DNA of 64,000 nucleotides from Methanocaldococcus sp. 16A. Its GTDB lineage: Archaea; AGJL01; Methanococci; Methanococcales; Methanocaldococcaceae. Under the pieces are notes generated by a model that had not been told where the DNA came from, made no database searches, and saw nothing but the letters and a program-made list of their open reading frames with translations. The stretch is from assembly GCA_049860595.1 (NCBI GenBank), contig CP187551.1; one strand, written 5' to 3'. The position numbers and the translations under genes are program-made. Shown here piece by piece: positions 44,982 to 56,368 of the stretch (position 1 is its first letter; each line of letters starts with the position of its first letter).

Positions 44982-45384
44982 CTTTATCTCCCTTAATTAG
45001 TATTTTTATAACATCTCCATCTTTTAAATTATATTGCTCCCTAAGTTTTATTGGAGCAACTATCTCTATAATGTCACTACTATGATATGTTTTTTTTGGC
45101 AATACAATAGCCCCATCTATTTCTTTATTATTTATTAATATTTTTATTGGTAAAATTCTGACTCCAAAATATTTTTTGCCATTAAATTCAAAATCCTCTG
45201 TTTCAATATATTTAAATTTATTTATATCAAATTCTTTATTTAGCTTTAAATTTAACGTCCCTTCATAAGGTTCAAAGCCAAGAATATTTTTAAATGCCTC
45301 TTTATAAGGTGGAAGAGATAAGAAATATCTTCCTTCTCCACGTCCAGAAACTATACTACCTTCAATAATCATTAATTTCACCAA
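44974..45384 (-). CDS. ribK: CTP-dependent riboflavin kinase
   Basis: [24 protein letters not shown]...LKDGD. Confidence 0.95.
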   Translation of the reverse strand: MVKLMIIEGSIVSGRGEGRYFLSLPPYKEAFKNILGFEPYEGTLNLKLNKEFDINKFKYIETEDFEFNGKKYFGVRILPIKILINNKEIDGAIVLPKKTYHSSDIIEIVAPIKLREQYNLKDGDVIKILIKGDKDE

Positions 45385-45392
45385 AAAAATAA

Positions 45393-46682
45393 TTAATGAT
45401 GATACATCTCTTCTTTGTATTTTGGTTTATACTCTCCTAACAGTTTTAATGCTAAAATTCTAGCCCATGAAGCTTCCAATATAACACTCAACAATATAGT
45501 TATAAATGTTCCAATAATTATTGTTCCTGCAATGTCTGATGGTGAAATATACTTTGTTATTGATGATGGAATCTTATCAGCATTCTTTAGAATCTCTATA
45601 CCAACAGTAACTGCTAAAGCAGCTGGAACTACTCCTCTTGGTCCTTCTAAAGCGAAATATAACTTTTCTTTAAATGAGTGTTTTGATTTTGCCAATCCAA
45701 TAAAGACTCCGAGAGGTCTTGCTAAGAATATAGAACCAAGAGCTACTAACAAGCCTGGAACAAAATAGCTTTGTAACATGCTCAACTTTATACATGCTCC
45801 TAAAAACACGAATATAAAGATTCTTGCTAATAAGGATAAATCGTCACAGAATCTAACGACATACTCATAATTCTCATGTTTCTCAGCCATTTTAAATAGT
45901 GCGTCTCCCAAACATAAAGCCATTATTGCAATAGCCATATAGCCGCTAAATCCATAGCCAAAAATACTTGGTAATAGGTCATCTCCAACATACAAAGTAA
46001 GCATAGCTCCTCCAAGAACTAATGGAGCTACATATTCATGAAATTCACAATGCACAATTATTTTTTCATATATTTTAGCCAATAATACTCCAACAAAAAC
46101 AGCACCTCCAGCAAGTGCTATTAAATCAATTGCAGGATTTGTTGAGGATGACAAACCAATTAATCCCAAAACAACACTTGTCGAGACAATACCTAATGGG
46201 TCGTTAAAAATACTTTCAGCTTCTAACGTTATAGCAACTTCTGGGTTGGTTTTAACCCTCGAAAACACTGGGATTAAGGTAGCAGGGTCTGTTGCTGAAG
46301 TTATTGCTCCGAATAAATACCCAATCGGACAAGTGTATGGTAGATTTAAAACTATATTAAAAACAAGTCCTGAAACAAATAAAGCAACTAAGAATGTTAT
46401 TGTATCTAATCTTATAACCGTCTTTATAACTCTTCTAAGTAATGAAATTCTCATTGTAAATGCTCCGCCTAATAAAATAAATATTAGCCCTATAGGCCCA
46501 GCATATTCAAAAATCTTCATCGCTGATTCTGATGGAATTATCTGTAAAAAAGGACCTATGATTAAACCCAACAACAATAATAATGGGATGTCTGGGATTT
46601 TTAACTTTTCTGCGATTTTTGCTACTAAAGAACCGAGAACTAAAGCTAACCCAAGATAACCAATAGCTATCATAAGCTCCAT
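45393..46682 (-). CDS. nhaP: Na+/H+ antiporter, CPA1 (NhaP1-like)
   Basis: [18 protein letters not shown]; ~13 TM helices. Confidence 0.95.
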   Translation of the reverse strand: MELMIAIGYLGLALVLGSLVAKIAEKLKIPDIPLLLLLGLIIGPFLQIIPSESAMKIFEYAGPIGLIFILLGGAFTMRISLLRRVIKTVIRLDTITFLVALFVSGLVFNIVLNLPYTCPIGYLFGAITSATDPATLIPVFSRVKTNPEVAITLEAESIFNDPLGIVSTSVVLGLIGLSSSTNPAIDLIALAGGAVFVGVLLAKIYEKIIVHCEFHEYVAPLVLGGAMLTLYVGDDLLPSIFGYGFSGYMAIAIMALCLGDALFKMAEKHENYEYVVRFCDDLSLLARIFIFVFLGACIKLSMLQSYFVPGLLVALGSIFLARPLGVFIGLAKSKHSFKEKLYFALEGPRGVVPAALAVTVGIEILKNADKIPSSITKYISPSDIAGTIIIGTFITILLSVILEASWARILALKLLGEYKPKYKEEMYHH

Positions 46683-46857
46683 GTTCTCACAAATATAAAG
46701 TATTGTGTTTAAATTTGTTAATTTGTTATTTTGACCTGAATATCTAAAATCTAAAAATCATATAAATATTTTATTGAAGGAAATCGGTTAGCAATTAAAA
46801 AAATTAATAAGTAAATAAAATAATTTTAAGAAATAATTAATAATAATATTAGAGAAT

Positions 46858-48009
46858 TTATTCTTCAGAATATGCAGTAGTTTGCAATATCGCAGTATCC
46901 AAACCTGTTTTTTCCTCTTCTTTACTAACTCTTAAACCAATTGTTAAATCTAATCCTTTATAAATAATTAACCCTCCAATAATTGCAATTAATGATATAA
47001 CAACAGCACCAATTAATTGCCCAACAAATGAGACTTCAGCACCTTTCTTTAATAAGAATGGAATTCCAGCACATATTACTCCAATTAAACCACTCATAGC
47101 ATGAACTGGACCTATAGCACAAACATCATCAATCTTTAACTTCTCTTCAATAAACTTATATGTGAATGGTTGCTGAATTCCAGCCAACAAACCTACTATA
47201 AATGCTCCAATTGGTGTAAATAAATCTACTCCACTACAAACAGCTACTAAACCAGCACACATACCGTTAGCTGTGTAAAGAGGATCGTTTCTTGAACTTA
47301 AAGCCCCTCCTATAATACCTCCAGCTAAAGCCATTGTTGTTGCTAAAGCCACACTCGCCAACTCAACACCATTTGCTATGCCTGAAGCACTACCAATGTT
47401 AAATCCATACCATCCAAATGCCAAAATAAATGCCCCTAAAACAGCTATTGGTATATTGTGACCAGGAATTGCCTGTGGTTTTCCATTAACATATTTATCT
47501 AATCTTGGACCTAAAACATAAGCAGCCATTAAACCAACTAAACCTCCAAATAAATGAACTGCTCCACTTCCAGCATAGTCGTGGAAGTTTATTCCTAAAT
47601 TAGCAAAACCTCCGCCCCAAACCAAATGCTCAACAATTGGATACAAAATACCTCCTACAATTAAAGCCCCTACGAAGTATGGAAGGATTCTTATTCTCTC
47701 AGCAACTCCTCCTGTTATAATTGTTACAGCTGCAGCTGCGAACATAACCATTTTCATAAACCATGCTCCCAAATCAGCATCAAAGTTTCCAGTTATCAAA
47801 GGCATTATATTTTCCAAACCATAAGCAATACCGTAACCAATAAAGAGATAAGCGATAAACACAGCTGCCAAATCTAACAACTTTAAAACACAATGATAAG
47901 CAACATTTTTAGCTCTAAACTGTCCAATCTCTAACGCAATAAACCCTGCTTTCATAAAGAATATTAACGATGCTGCCCACAAGAAGAAAAACACATCAAC
48001 GCCTTCCAT
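46858..48009 (-). CDS. amt: Ammonium transporter
   Basis: GGVAER, DYAGSGAVH, FGWYGFN, IDDVCAIGPVH. Confidence 0.96.
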   Translation of the reverse strand: MEGVDVFFFLWAASLIFFMKAGFIALEIGQFRAKNVAYHCVLKLLDLAAVFIAYLFIGYGIAYGLENIMPLITGNFDADLGAWFMKMVMFAAAAVTIITGGVAERIRILPYFVGALIVGGILYPIVEHLVWGGGFANLGINFHDYAGSGAVHLFGGLVGLMAAYVLGPRLDKYVNGKPQAIPGHNIPIAVLGAFILAFGWYGFNIGSASGIANGVELASVALATTMALAGGIIGGALSSRNDPLYTANGMCAGLVAVCSGVDLFTPIGAFIVGLLAGIQQPFTYKFIEEKLKIDDVCAIGPVHAMSGLIGVICAGIPFLLKKGAEVSFVGQLIGAVVISLIAIIGGLIIYKGLDLTIGLRVSKEEEKTGLDTAILQTTAYSEE

Positions 48010-48129
48010 TATACCACCTCAAAGATTTATAGGAATTGTTCTACCGACTACCCCTTTTCCTAATTCCTCTTAATGAAAAGAATTAGTTAAATATTTTACT
48101 AAGGAAGGAAATTTCTTTCTTCTTTTTTA

Positions 48130-48143
48130 GGAATTAGGTTTCC
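48130..48143. promoter_or_regulatory. NrpR nitrogen operator (GGAA-N6-TTCC)
   Basis: GGAAttaggtTTCC between divergent amt and glnK, inside the 10-bp inverted repeat AGGAATTAGG-ttt-CCTAATTCCT; imperfect copies at 48032-45 and 48103-16. Confidence 0.85.
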
Positions 48144-48183
48144 TAATTCCTTTTAGATAAAAATAAAAATAATTAATAGCTAA

Positions 48184-48564
<381 letters not shown>

Positions 48565-48569
48565 ATATT

Positions 48570-48661
48570 TAGGACTTTTGCAGGAATAAATGTTCTAATT
48601 GGATATAGATGCCTTTGACATCTAAGTTCCTTGTTAAATATATTAAATTGCGAAAGTTCTA
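48570..48661. repeat. Palindromic element, family A
   Basis: AGGACTTTTGCAG...TTGCGAAAGTTCT; internal AGATGcctttgaCATCT shared with the 54823 copy. Confidence 0.85.
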
Positions 48662-48749
48662 GATATAAAACCTACAATTTCTTTTTTAAAATTTTTTAAA
48701 CATAGAAAACTATTTTAAGTTATCAACATTTAATTTTATTTATTTTTAA

Positions 48750-48846
48750 ATAAGACTTTTGCAAGAATAAATGTAATAATGAATTTTAATATCTTTTAGG
48801 CTTCATAATCCCAAATAGTAAATATATAAAACTGCAAAAGTTCTAT
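48750..48846. repeat. Palindromic element, family A (second adjacent copy)
   Basis: AGACTTTTGCAAG...CTGCAAAAGTTCTAT. Confidence 0.8.
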
Positions 48847-48884
48847 ATTATTTTAAGCATAATCTACGGTATTTTGGTGATAAT

Positions 48885-49643
48885 GTGATTGGCATAATAG
48901 GCGGGACAGGAATTGCAGGCATATTAAAAGGAGATAAAGAGGAAGTTATTGATACAAAATATGGAAAGGCAAAGGTTATGATTGATAAAGAAAATGACGT
49001 AGTTTTATTATTTAGGCATGGAGTAAGGCATAACATTCCTCCACATAAAATAAATTATAGAGCCAATATTTATGCATTAAAAAAATTAGGTGTTGAGAGA
49101 ATATTGGCAATAAATTCAGTTGGTTCATTAAAAGAAAATTTAAAGCCAGGAATGTTTTTCATTCCAAACGATTTTATTGAATTTACAAAAAAGAGAGAAG
49201 AAACTTTTTACGATGAAGGAAAGGTAGTCCATATAGATATGACAGAGCCATATTGTCCAGATTTGAGAAATGTCCTAAAATCTATATTAGATAAGAATAA
49301 CTTTACTTATGGAGAAGGCGTTTATGTTTGCACGGAGGGGCCGAGATTTGAAACAAAAAAAGAGATTGAGATATATAAATACTGGGGAGATGTTGTAGGG
49401 ATGACAGGTTATCCAGAAGTTGTCTTAGCGAGAGAATTAGAAATGTGTTATGTATCTTTATGTAATATAACAAACTATGCATGTGGAATATCAAAGAATA
49501 TTTTAACTGTTGATGAAGTTTTAGAGGCAATAAAAGAAATGGAAGATAAAATTTTAAAGGTTGTTGAAGAGTTCATAAATTATGATTTTGGAGAAAGAAA
49601 GTGTATTTGTAAAGATGCTTTAAAACATGCAGTCATAGGATAA
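48885..49643 (+). CDS. 5'-methylthioinosine/MTAP-family nucleoside phosphorylase
   Basis: GIIGGTG, RHG, PPHKINYRANI, EGPRFET, VVGMT, TNYA. Confidence 0.93.
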   Translation: MIGIIGGTGIAGILKGDKEEVIDTKYGKAKVMIDKENDVVLLFRHGVRHNIPPHKINYRANIYALKKLGVERILAINSVGSLKENLKPGMFFIPNDFIEFTKKREETFYDEGKVVHIDMTEPYCPDLRNVLKSILDKNNFTYGEGVYVCTEGPRFETKKEIEIYKYWGDVVGMTGYPEVVLARELEMCYVSLCNITNYACGISKNILTVDEVLEAIKEMEDKILKVVEEFINYDFGERKCICKDALKHAVIG

Positions 49644-49660
49644 TAATTTTTGGTGATAAT

Positions 49661-49921
49661 TTGCTATCTAAAATTTTAAGTATTTTTAAAAGAAGGAATA
49701 ATAAAAAAGATGCTAAAAAATCTATAGGTAGTAAGTCTTATAAAATCATTGAAATTGATTATATTAAATGTAAAAATTGTTTATCATGTTATAGAGCATG
49801 TAAGAATAATGTCTTTGACATTGAAAATAGTAGAATTGTTGTAAAAAATGAAAAGAATTGTACAAAGTGTGGGGATTGTGTAAAGTCTTGTAGATATGGA
49901 GCTATAATACTTTATGAATAA
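49661..49921 (+). CDS. 2x[4Fe-4S] ferredoxin
   Basis: CKNCLSCYRAC and CTKCGDCVKSC. Confidence 0.9.
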   Translation: MLSKILSIFKRRNNKKDAKKSIGSKSYKIIEIDYIKCKNCLSCYRACKNNVFDIENSRIVVKNEKNCTKCGDCVKSCRYGAIILYE

Positions 49922-49946
49922 AGTTTATGTTAAAAAGGGAGATACA

Positions 49947-50573
49947 ATGAAATTAAAAAATAAAATAATAAGAATTTATGAACTTGATGAGAAGGAAAGG
50001 GAAAATATATTAAATTTTTTAAAAGAAGAGTTATTAAATGGAAAAATTATTATCTGTGGGACTGATACATTATATGGTATTTCAGCAAATGCTTTAGATG
50101 AAAATGCCGTAAAAAAAGTTTATGAAATAAAGAAAAGAGATTTCAATAAGCCTTTATCAATATGTGTTAAAGATAAGAAAGAGATTGAAAAATACGCTTA
50201 TGTAAATGAGTTAGCTAAAAAAATTATTGATAAATTTCTTCCAGGTCCTTTAACGATAATTTTAAAGAAAAAACCATTAATTCCAGACATTGTAGCTAAA
50301 GATTACATTGGCTTGAGAATTCCAGATGAGCCGATTATTAGAGAGCTATCTATAGTGCCATTAACAACAACATCAGCAAATATATCTGGAAAAGAAAGCC
50401 CTACCTCTGTAGATGAGATAGATGGGGAAGTATTAAAAAAAGTAGATTATATAGTAGATACAGGTAAATGCAAATATTCAAAACCATCTACAATTATTAA
50501 AATAGAAGATAATAAAATAATACCAATTAGGGAGGGGGTTATCCCTATTTCAAAAATTAGTGAAGAATTATAA
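49947..50573 (+). CDS. sua5: Threonylcarbamoyl-AMP synthase (YrdC/TsaC domain only)
   Basis: TDTLYG, KKRDFNKPL, PGPLT, TTSANISG, PSTI; start taken at ATG 49947. Confidence 0.92.
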   Translation: MKLKNKIIRIYELDEKERENILNFLKEELLNGKIIICGTDTLYGISANALDENAVKKVYEIKKRDFNKPLSICVKDKKEIEKYAYVNELAKKIIDKFLPGPLTIILKKKPLIPDIVAKDYIGLRIPDEPIIRELSIVPLTTTSANISGKESPTSVDEIDGEVLKKVDYIVDTGKCKYSKPSTIIKIEDNKIIPIREGVIPISKISEEL

Positions 50574-50589
50574 CTTTGATGGAAATCTG

Positions 50590-50650
50590 ATAGAACTTTG
50601 CAGTTTTATATATCATACACTTCTTAATTTAATATTTAATTATGTACTAC
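50590..50650. repeat. Partial family A element
   Basis: ATAGAACTTTGCAGTTTTATATA resembles the reverse of the 48846 end. Confidence 0.5.
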
Positions 50651-50732
50651 ATATAGAAAAATAAAATTAAAATTATAATCTTAAAATCTATTGGTGTGGG
50701 GTTTTTGTTTGGTCAGTTTTTGGGTGATTAAA

Positions 50733-51296
50733 ATGAAAAACGATAAACAGACAGATTGGATAAACAAACTAATAGAAGAACTTGATAAAAGCTCTTCAAA
50801 CGTTTTAAAAACTGAAATTATATTAGATGAAATTATAACAAAACTTAATAATTTAATTTCTGAAATTAACAACTATATTGCTGAAATTCATTACGGACTA
50901 AAAATAACAAATGAAAAAATCAATGTATCTATCTCAGAATTAGAGGAATTAGAAAAGAAACTGGAAGAATATTTGGATTTTACCGAAAGTATGAAAGAAT
51001 CTTTTGAAAATACATACAATGCAATAATTACTGCTAAAAATGAAATGAAGGATATAAAACAGTCTTTAGAAGAATATTCACTTAAAATGAATAGCAAACA
51101 TAGTATTATTGAAGATGCCATAAGAAATCATAGTAAAAAGATTGAAAGTTTAAATAATAGTATTAAATCACTATCAAAAACTCAAGAATCCATTATTAGC
51201 TCATTAAATTCTACTAAAACTCTACTCTATATAACAATCGCATTAACTGTTGTAAACTTTATAATCTCACTAAAAGCTTCTGGAATTATTGGCTAA
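50733..51296 (+). CDS. Coiled-coil protein with C-terminal TM anchor
   Basis: Heptad pattern; single C-terminal hydrophobic helix; GGTGA RBS before ATG 50733. Confidence 0.8.
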   Translation: MKNDKQTDWINKLIEELDKSSSNVLKTEIILDEIITKLNNLISEINNYIAEIHYGLKITNEKINVSISELEELEKKLEEYLDFTESMKESFENTYNAIITAKNEMKDIKQSLEEYSLKMNSKHSIIEDAIRNHSKKIESLNNSIKSLSKTQESIISSLNSTKTLLYITIALTVVNFIISLKASGIIG

Positions 51297-51305
51297 ATTT
51301 AAATT

Positions 51306-52397
51306 TTAATAAACAAATTCTTCATAATGAATATTATTATTGTTAAATATTTTCTTAACCTCTTCTAAAAGCTCTTTATAACAATATTTTTTGTTAAGAT
51401 TTAGATTTTTCTTTAAGATTTCCCCAGCGTCATCATCTCTCATGTTTTTAATTAAAAATATCACAGAACCTTTTAATATAACAGGATTCTTTAATATATT
51501 GTCTCTATCACCATCTGTTATGCCCAAAATTTTTATACCAAATCTTGCTAAAATATCTCCACAAATTGTTGTAGTGTCATCTCCAATTGTTATTACTGCT
51601 AAAACATCCTTATTTTTAACCATTTCAATAACATCCTCTCCAGCATGATTAACAATCAATACATAGCCTTTATCAATCTCTTTATTCTTAATTTTTGGAT
51701 TTGTTGGATGCCGTCTCAAAATTCCTGTTTTTATTACAGCTTTTTTTAAATCAATATTCGTTAATTTTTCAACTCCTCCTTTTTTTAACTCTCCTCCAAT
51801 AATATCAACTATCTTCCCATTCTCAGCAACTAAAATAACCTCACTACTTTTAGCTTTTCCAACAACAATACCGTTAACCAATATTGCCTCACCAACATCA
51901 ACACCATGAACTTTCCTAAATATTTTTCCATTTTCTTCCCAAACCTCTAAGCCATTACTTATACATCTCTCAATCTTTAAATTTAATTCTTTTGATAAAT
52001 AGTTAGCAATATCTTCAACAACTTTTGAACCATCATAATTCCAAATAATTATAGTTCCATCCTTTTCTCCAGGCCTCTCAATCTGAATTATTGGTTTATT
52101 TAAATTAGCCCTTTCAACAACAATCTTTCCAAATGTATGCCCTGTAATCTTTGATTTTCCATAGTTAGCTAAAATTAATATATCATTATCTGCCAATTTT
52201 TTTAATGATTGGGAAGGCATCAATTTTTCTGAGATGTCAATAATATCTTGTAAGTTGTTGTCTATAACCGCCACTCTCCCCATAGTGCCTCCTAATTTAG
52301 CTTTAACTTCTCCAAATTTTTTTAATAAATTTATTATTTTTAATGCATATCCACTATCCACAATTTCAGGACCGTGAATGACAACACCAATCTTCAT
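51306..52397 (-). CDS. DUF2117-family methanogen protein
   Basis: HGPEIVDSG, LGGTMGR, TIGDDTT, GITDGD. Confidence 0.85.
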   Translation of the reverse strand: MKIGVVIHGPEIVDSGYALKIINLLKKFGEVKAKLGGTMGRVAVIDNNLQDIIDISEKLMPSQSLKKLADNDILILANYGKSKITGHTFGKIVVERANLNKPIIQIERPGEKDGTIIIWNYDGSKVVEDIANYLSKELNLKIERCISNGLEVWEENGKIFRKVHGVDVGEAILVNGIVVGKAKSSEVILVAENGKIVDIIGGELKKGGVEKLTNIDLKKAVIKTGILRRHPTNPKIKNKEIDKGYVLIVNHAGEDVIEMVKNKDVLAVITIGDDTTTICGDILARFGIKILGITDGDRDNILKNPVILKGSVIFLIKNMRDDDAGEILKKNLNLNKKYCYKELLEEVKKIFNNNNIHYEEFVY

Positions 52398-52422
52398 CTA
52401 CTCCACCAATTTCTTTCTATAG

Positions 52423-52486
52423 TAGGACTTTCACAGGAATAAATGTTTTAAGGCCATCTAATTTCCATGAAAGATATATAAACTGC
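52423..52486. repeat. Truncated family A element
   Basis: TAGGACTTTCACAGGAATAAATGTT...ATATATAAACTGC. Confidence 0.7.
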
Positions 52487-52487
52487 C

Positions 52488-53918
52488 CTATCTATTTTTC
52501 CATCTCCATAGTCCCTTATTTATCCAATCTTCTCCTAAGTTATGTTTCTCAGCATATTCTCTCAAAATTTTTTCCCATTTTTTCCACAATTCTGGAAACT
52601 CCCTCTTTATTTTATCCATTTCTCCCATTTCCATTGCTGGACACATGAAACAACCAATTCTATCAAAACCTTTCTCATACAATTTATTATATGGTGCTTT
52701 TTCTCTTAATAAATATATCCAGACATGTAAAGTACTCCAATGGAATATTGGGAGTGCGTTTATTTGTTTTTTAATGTATGTATTTCTATGAACTCTTTTT
52801 TTAGTGGCTCTATTAAAGCTCTCATATTTCCTAACTCCAACAAATGCTAAAACATTATCTTCATAATTCTTCTCAATAAATTTTTTCAATGGCTCTAATT
52901 TACAAACTTCAGAGCACCACCTATAATCTCTTGCTGGAATGCCATATTCTTTAACTTTCTCCCAGAAATCTTCTCCTTTTAATTTTATTATTTTAATGCC
53001 ATAATGCTTTTCAACCTCTTCAACATTTTTTAATGTCTCTTCAAATTCTAATCCAGTATCAACAAATATAACATCAATGTTCTTCCCTAAAGCTTTTAAT
53101 GTTAAAATTAATGTGGTTAAGCTATCTTTTCCGCCAGAAAATGCCACCATAACTGGCTTTTTTATTCTTTCATAAGTGTTTTTTATAAATCCAAGAGCAT
53201 TTCTTTCAAATGCATCTATAACTCCTTTATTAGCTCTAACCATTAAATCAAATGCCTTCTCTAAGCTATCATAACTCTTTCCAGCTTCATAATTTTCTTC
53301 ATCATCTTTAATAAAAGATCTAACCTTAACAACTTTACCTTTTTCCATGTTTTTTATATCTTCAGAAGAAACAACAGCCAATCCTACACCAACAGCCCTA
53401 TAATTCTCATCAACTATTATTACATCATCTCTCTCTTCAATGTCATCTGTAAATTCAATTATTCCTGGTCTTAAAACAGAACCTTTTTTATTTTTCAAAA
53501 CCTCCACAACATCATTCTTTATTTTAATTATTCTTTTATAAGCTCCTTTTTTTATCAAATCCCTAGCACCATTTAATTTTAACTTAATTTTCCATCTTTC
53601 TTTATTTTCATCAAAGTAAATTAAATATTTGACTTCACCATCAACTATAACTTCATAAGCTTCCTCATTTCCAGGAAGTTTATTTAGCAAAATAATTTTT
53701 CCATTTAATACATTTTTTGCTCCAAATTCTTCCTCTATAACTTTATTTATGAAGTCGATATCATATTGAAATCCCAATCTTGGGTCTCCAGGGGGTGTTA
53801 ATTTCACTTCTTCAGCTTTTGAGCCACAAACTTCACAAGCTCTTCCTAATAATGGAATATTACAGTTTTTACACCATTTTAAGTGAATCTTCCCAATGTA
53901 TGTTTTCATAGCCATCAC
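52488..53918 (-). CDS. PAPS-reductase-family PP-loop protein with Zn ribbon and PUA domain
   Basis: CKNC...CEVC; PUA segment; FSGGKDS, RWCSEVCK, RIGCFMCP. Confidence 0.88.
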   Translation of the reverse strand: MMAMKTYIGKIHLKWCKNCNIPLLGRACEVCGSKAEEVKLTPPGDPRLGFQYDIDFINKVIEEEFGAKNVLNGKIILLNKLPGNEEAYEVIVDGEVKYLIYFDENKERWKIKLKLNGARDLIKKGAYKRIIKIKNDVVEVLKNKKGSVLRPGIIEFTDDIEERDDVIIVDENYRAVGVGLAVVSSEDIKNMEKGKVVKVRSFIKDDEENYEAGKSYDSLEKAFDLMVRANKGVIDAFERNALGFIKNTYERIKKPVMVAFSGGKDSLTTLILTLKALGKNIDVIFVDTGLEFEETLKNVEEVEKHYGIKIIKLKGEDFWEKVKEYGIPARDYRWCSEVCKLEPLKKFIEKNYEDNVLAFVGVRKYESFNRATKKRVHRNTYIKKQINALPIFHWSTLHVWIYLLREKAPYNKLYEKGFDRIGCFMCPAMEMGEMDKIKREFPELWKKWEKILREYAEKHNLGEDWINKGLWRWKNR

Positions 53919-53993
53919 TCTTAGAAGAAACTTTTTTATATGTTAATAAATTAAAGAGATTTTTTAGTTGATGCATTAGTAAGGTGATTATTT

Positions 53994-54296
53994 ATGGACA
54001 TTACTCAATTCTTTCCAGATATAGGTAGTGGATTTGTTATTGGATTTGTAGTTGGATGGGCCGCAAAAAAGGCAATAAAGGTGGTAGCATTCTTAATAGG
54101 GGTTTATATATTAAGCTTACTTTACTTGGCTAAAATAGGGGTTATAAGTATTAATAAAGAGGCATTTTCAGCATTGCTTGGAAATCTTGAAAACTCAATA
54201 TTGGTTTTTGGGGATAAGCTTATAGGTTTAATTCATTCATTTTCATTTGGGACATCATTCCTTGTAGGTTTTGGATTAGGATTTAAAAAAGGATAA
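53994..54296 (+). CDS. FUN14-family membrane protein
   Basis: [29 protein letters not shown]. Confidence 0.88.
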   Translation: MDITQFFPDIGSGFVIGFVVGWAAKKAIKVVAFLIGVYILSLLYLAKIGVISINKEAFSALLGNLENSILVFGDKLIGLIHSFSFGTSFLVGFGLGFKKG

Positions 54297-54311
54297 AGAA
54301 TTTTAAATTTT

Positions 54312-54659
54312 TTATTTTTCTAATTCTACGACATCAACAGGCTCTAATGGAATATTCTTTAAAACTTTTCCAATTGTTGCTTTAGCTATTCTTATAGCAT
54401 GCTCTGGGCTTTCAGCATTAAAGACTTTCATAGATAGCAAAACACCAACTAATGCTGTTCTTGCTACAACCAATACACAATCTACAAGCTCTCCACATTT
54501 TGGACATATGGTTAATCCAATATCTATATCCACATAGTTTAATCCTTCTTTATTCAACATTTTACCAATTTGGGATATTGTTACACTAATAGCATCTTCT
54601 ACATCATCTACATTTCTCACAATATATGCAGCTTGTAAAGTTACATGATAATTCGGCAT
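54312..54659 (-). CDS. DUF555/UPF0212 protein
   Basis: [25 protein letters not shown]. Confidence 0.88.
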   Translation of the reverse strand: MPNYHVTLQAAYIVRNVDDVEDAISVTISQIGKMLNKEGLNYVDIDIGLTICPKCGELVDCVLVVARTALVGVLLSMKVFNAESPEHAIRIAKATIGKVLKNIPLEPVDVVELEK

Positions 54660-54822
54660 TGTCTCTCACCAACCACCAAAAATCTCATTTTATTTAAAAC
54701 ATTAGCTCTTTGTTAATTACCTTACTTAGGGCTTTACTATTATTTAAAGTTATTGTTTGATAAGTTTTAAATAACATTACCTTCTGTTTAAACTTAATAG
54801 GACTTTTATAGCACAACATTTC

Positions 54823-54918
54823 AATAGGACTTTCGCAGATTATATATTTATTAAGGAAAAAATTGATGCCTTTGACATCAAATTTACCTTTCATATTTAT
54901 CCCTGCGAAAGTCCTATT
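54823..54918. repeat. Intact family A palindromic MITE-like element
   Basis: Perfect 16-bp TIR AATAGGACTTTCGCAG / CTGCGAAAGTCCTATT; internal TTGATG-cctttga-CATCAA hairpin; extra AATAGGACTTT at 54796. Confidence 0.92.
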
Positions 54919-54939
54919 CAATAAGGTATTTTATTAGGG

Positions 54940-55827
54940 ATGAATATGATAGAAAAGGCAGAGATTTTAATGGAAGCTCTACCATATATACAGAAATTTT
55001 ATGGAAAGACTTTTGTTATAAAGTATGGTGGCCATGCGATGATTGATGAAAAGGCAAAAAACTGGACTGCTCAAGATGTAGTTTTGTTGAAGTATGTTGG
55101 AATAAATCCAGTCGTTGTTCATGGAGGTGGGCCAGAGATTAATAAAGCTATGGAAAAGATGGGAAAGAAGCCAGAGTTTATTCATGGTTTAAGAGTTACT
55201 GATGAGGAAACTTTAGATATTGTTGAAATGGTCTTAGCTGGAAAAATTAATGGTGATATTGTCTCTAAATTATCAAAATTTGGTGGAAAGGCTGTTGGAT
55301 TATCTGGAAAATCTGGAAGGATTATAATAGCAAAGAAAAAAATAAAATATATTAAAAATGAGAAAGGGGAAGAAATAGCTGTAGATTTAGGTAGAGTGGG
55401 AGAGACCGTTGAGGTTAATACAGAATTATTGGAAATTTTAATAAACAATGGATACATCCCTGTTATATCACCAATTGGTTTGGATGAGAAAGGAGAGGCA
55501 TATAATTTAAATGCCGATACAGTTGCTGGAGATATAGCAGGAGCTTTAAAGGCTGAAAAGCTTATTTTAATAACAGATGTTGATGGAATAATGGATGATA
55601 TAAATAATCCAGAAACATTACATAGAAAATTAACAGCTTCAGAGTTAAAAGAGATGATAGAAGATGGCAGAATAAAAGGAGGTATGATACCTAAGGCTGA
55701 AAGTGCCTTATATGCATTGGAACATGGAGTTAAGAGTGTTCATATAATAAATGGAAAGATTCCTCATGCTCTATTGTTGGAAATATTTACAGAAGATGGT
55801 ATTGGAACTATGATAACAAGGGACTAA
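54940..55827 (+). CDS. argB: Acetylglutamate kinase
   Basis: VIKYGG, VHGGGP, GLRVT, NLNAD, TDVDG, GGMIPK. Confidence 0.97.
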   Translation: MNMIEKAEILMEALPYIQKFYGKTFVIKYGGHAMIDEKAKNWTAQDVVLLKYVGINPVVVHGGGPEINKAMEKMGKKPEFIHGLRVTDEETLDIVEMVLAGKINGDIVSKLSKFGGKAVGLSGKSGRIIIAKKKIKYIKNEKGEEIAVDLGRVGETVEVNTELLEILINNGYIPVISPIGLDEKGEAYNLNADTVAGDIAGALKAEKLILITDVDGIMDDINNPETLHRKLTASELKEMIEDGRIKGGMIPKAESALYALEHGVKSVHIINGKIPHALLLEIFTEDGIGTMITRD

Positions 55828-55918
55828 AGTCTTTAGCTATTAAAAATTCTATTAGCTAATTTTTTATATATCTTTTTTTAAACTTAGAAAAAAATAAAAT
55901 TTTGTTTGTAGTGATAGT

Positions 55919-56368
55919 ATGATTATTCTTTTGGATTTAAATGGAACAATAGCTACTGATGGGAAGATAAAAGAAGGAGTTAAAGAGAGATTGGCTATTT
56001 TAAAAGAAATATCAGAGATATACATTTTATCAGCTGATACTTTTGGAACTTTAAACGATATTGCAAATGATTTGAATGTTAAAGGAATAAAAATAGATAG
56101 AGAAAAATATGGTAGCGAAAAAATAGCTAAACTAAAAATTTTAGAAGAATTAAAAAAAGAAAATCCAAATAAAAAAATTATTGCTATAGGTAATGGAAAT
56201 AATGATGAATTGTTATTAAAAAATGCTGATTTAGGAATTTGTGTTATTGGTGATGAGGGAGCTTGGAGCAAAACAATATTAAGCTCAGATATTGTCGTTA
56301 AAGACATAATTGATGCCCTTGATTTGGTATTAAAGGAAAATAGGATGAAAGCAACAATTAGGGATTAA
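55919..56368 (+). CDS. Small HAD hydrolase ('soluble P-type ATPase' type)
   Basis: DLNGT, SADTFG, AIGNGNND, EGA. Confidence 0.88.
   Translation: MIILLDLNGTIATDGKIKEGVKERLAILKEISEIYILSADTFGTLNDIANDLNVKGIKIDREKYGSEKIAKLKILEELKKENPNKKIIAIGNGNNDELLLKNADLGICVIGDEGAWSKTILSSDIVVKDIIDALDLVLKENRMKATIRD

Noticed and set aside
54694-54921. 75-aa ORF upstream of argB
   Set aside because: It begins inside the palindromic repeat and has no recognisable coding signal
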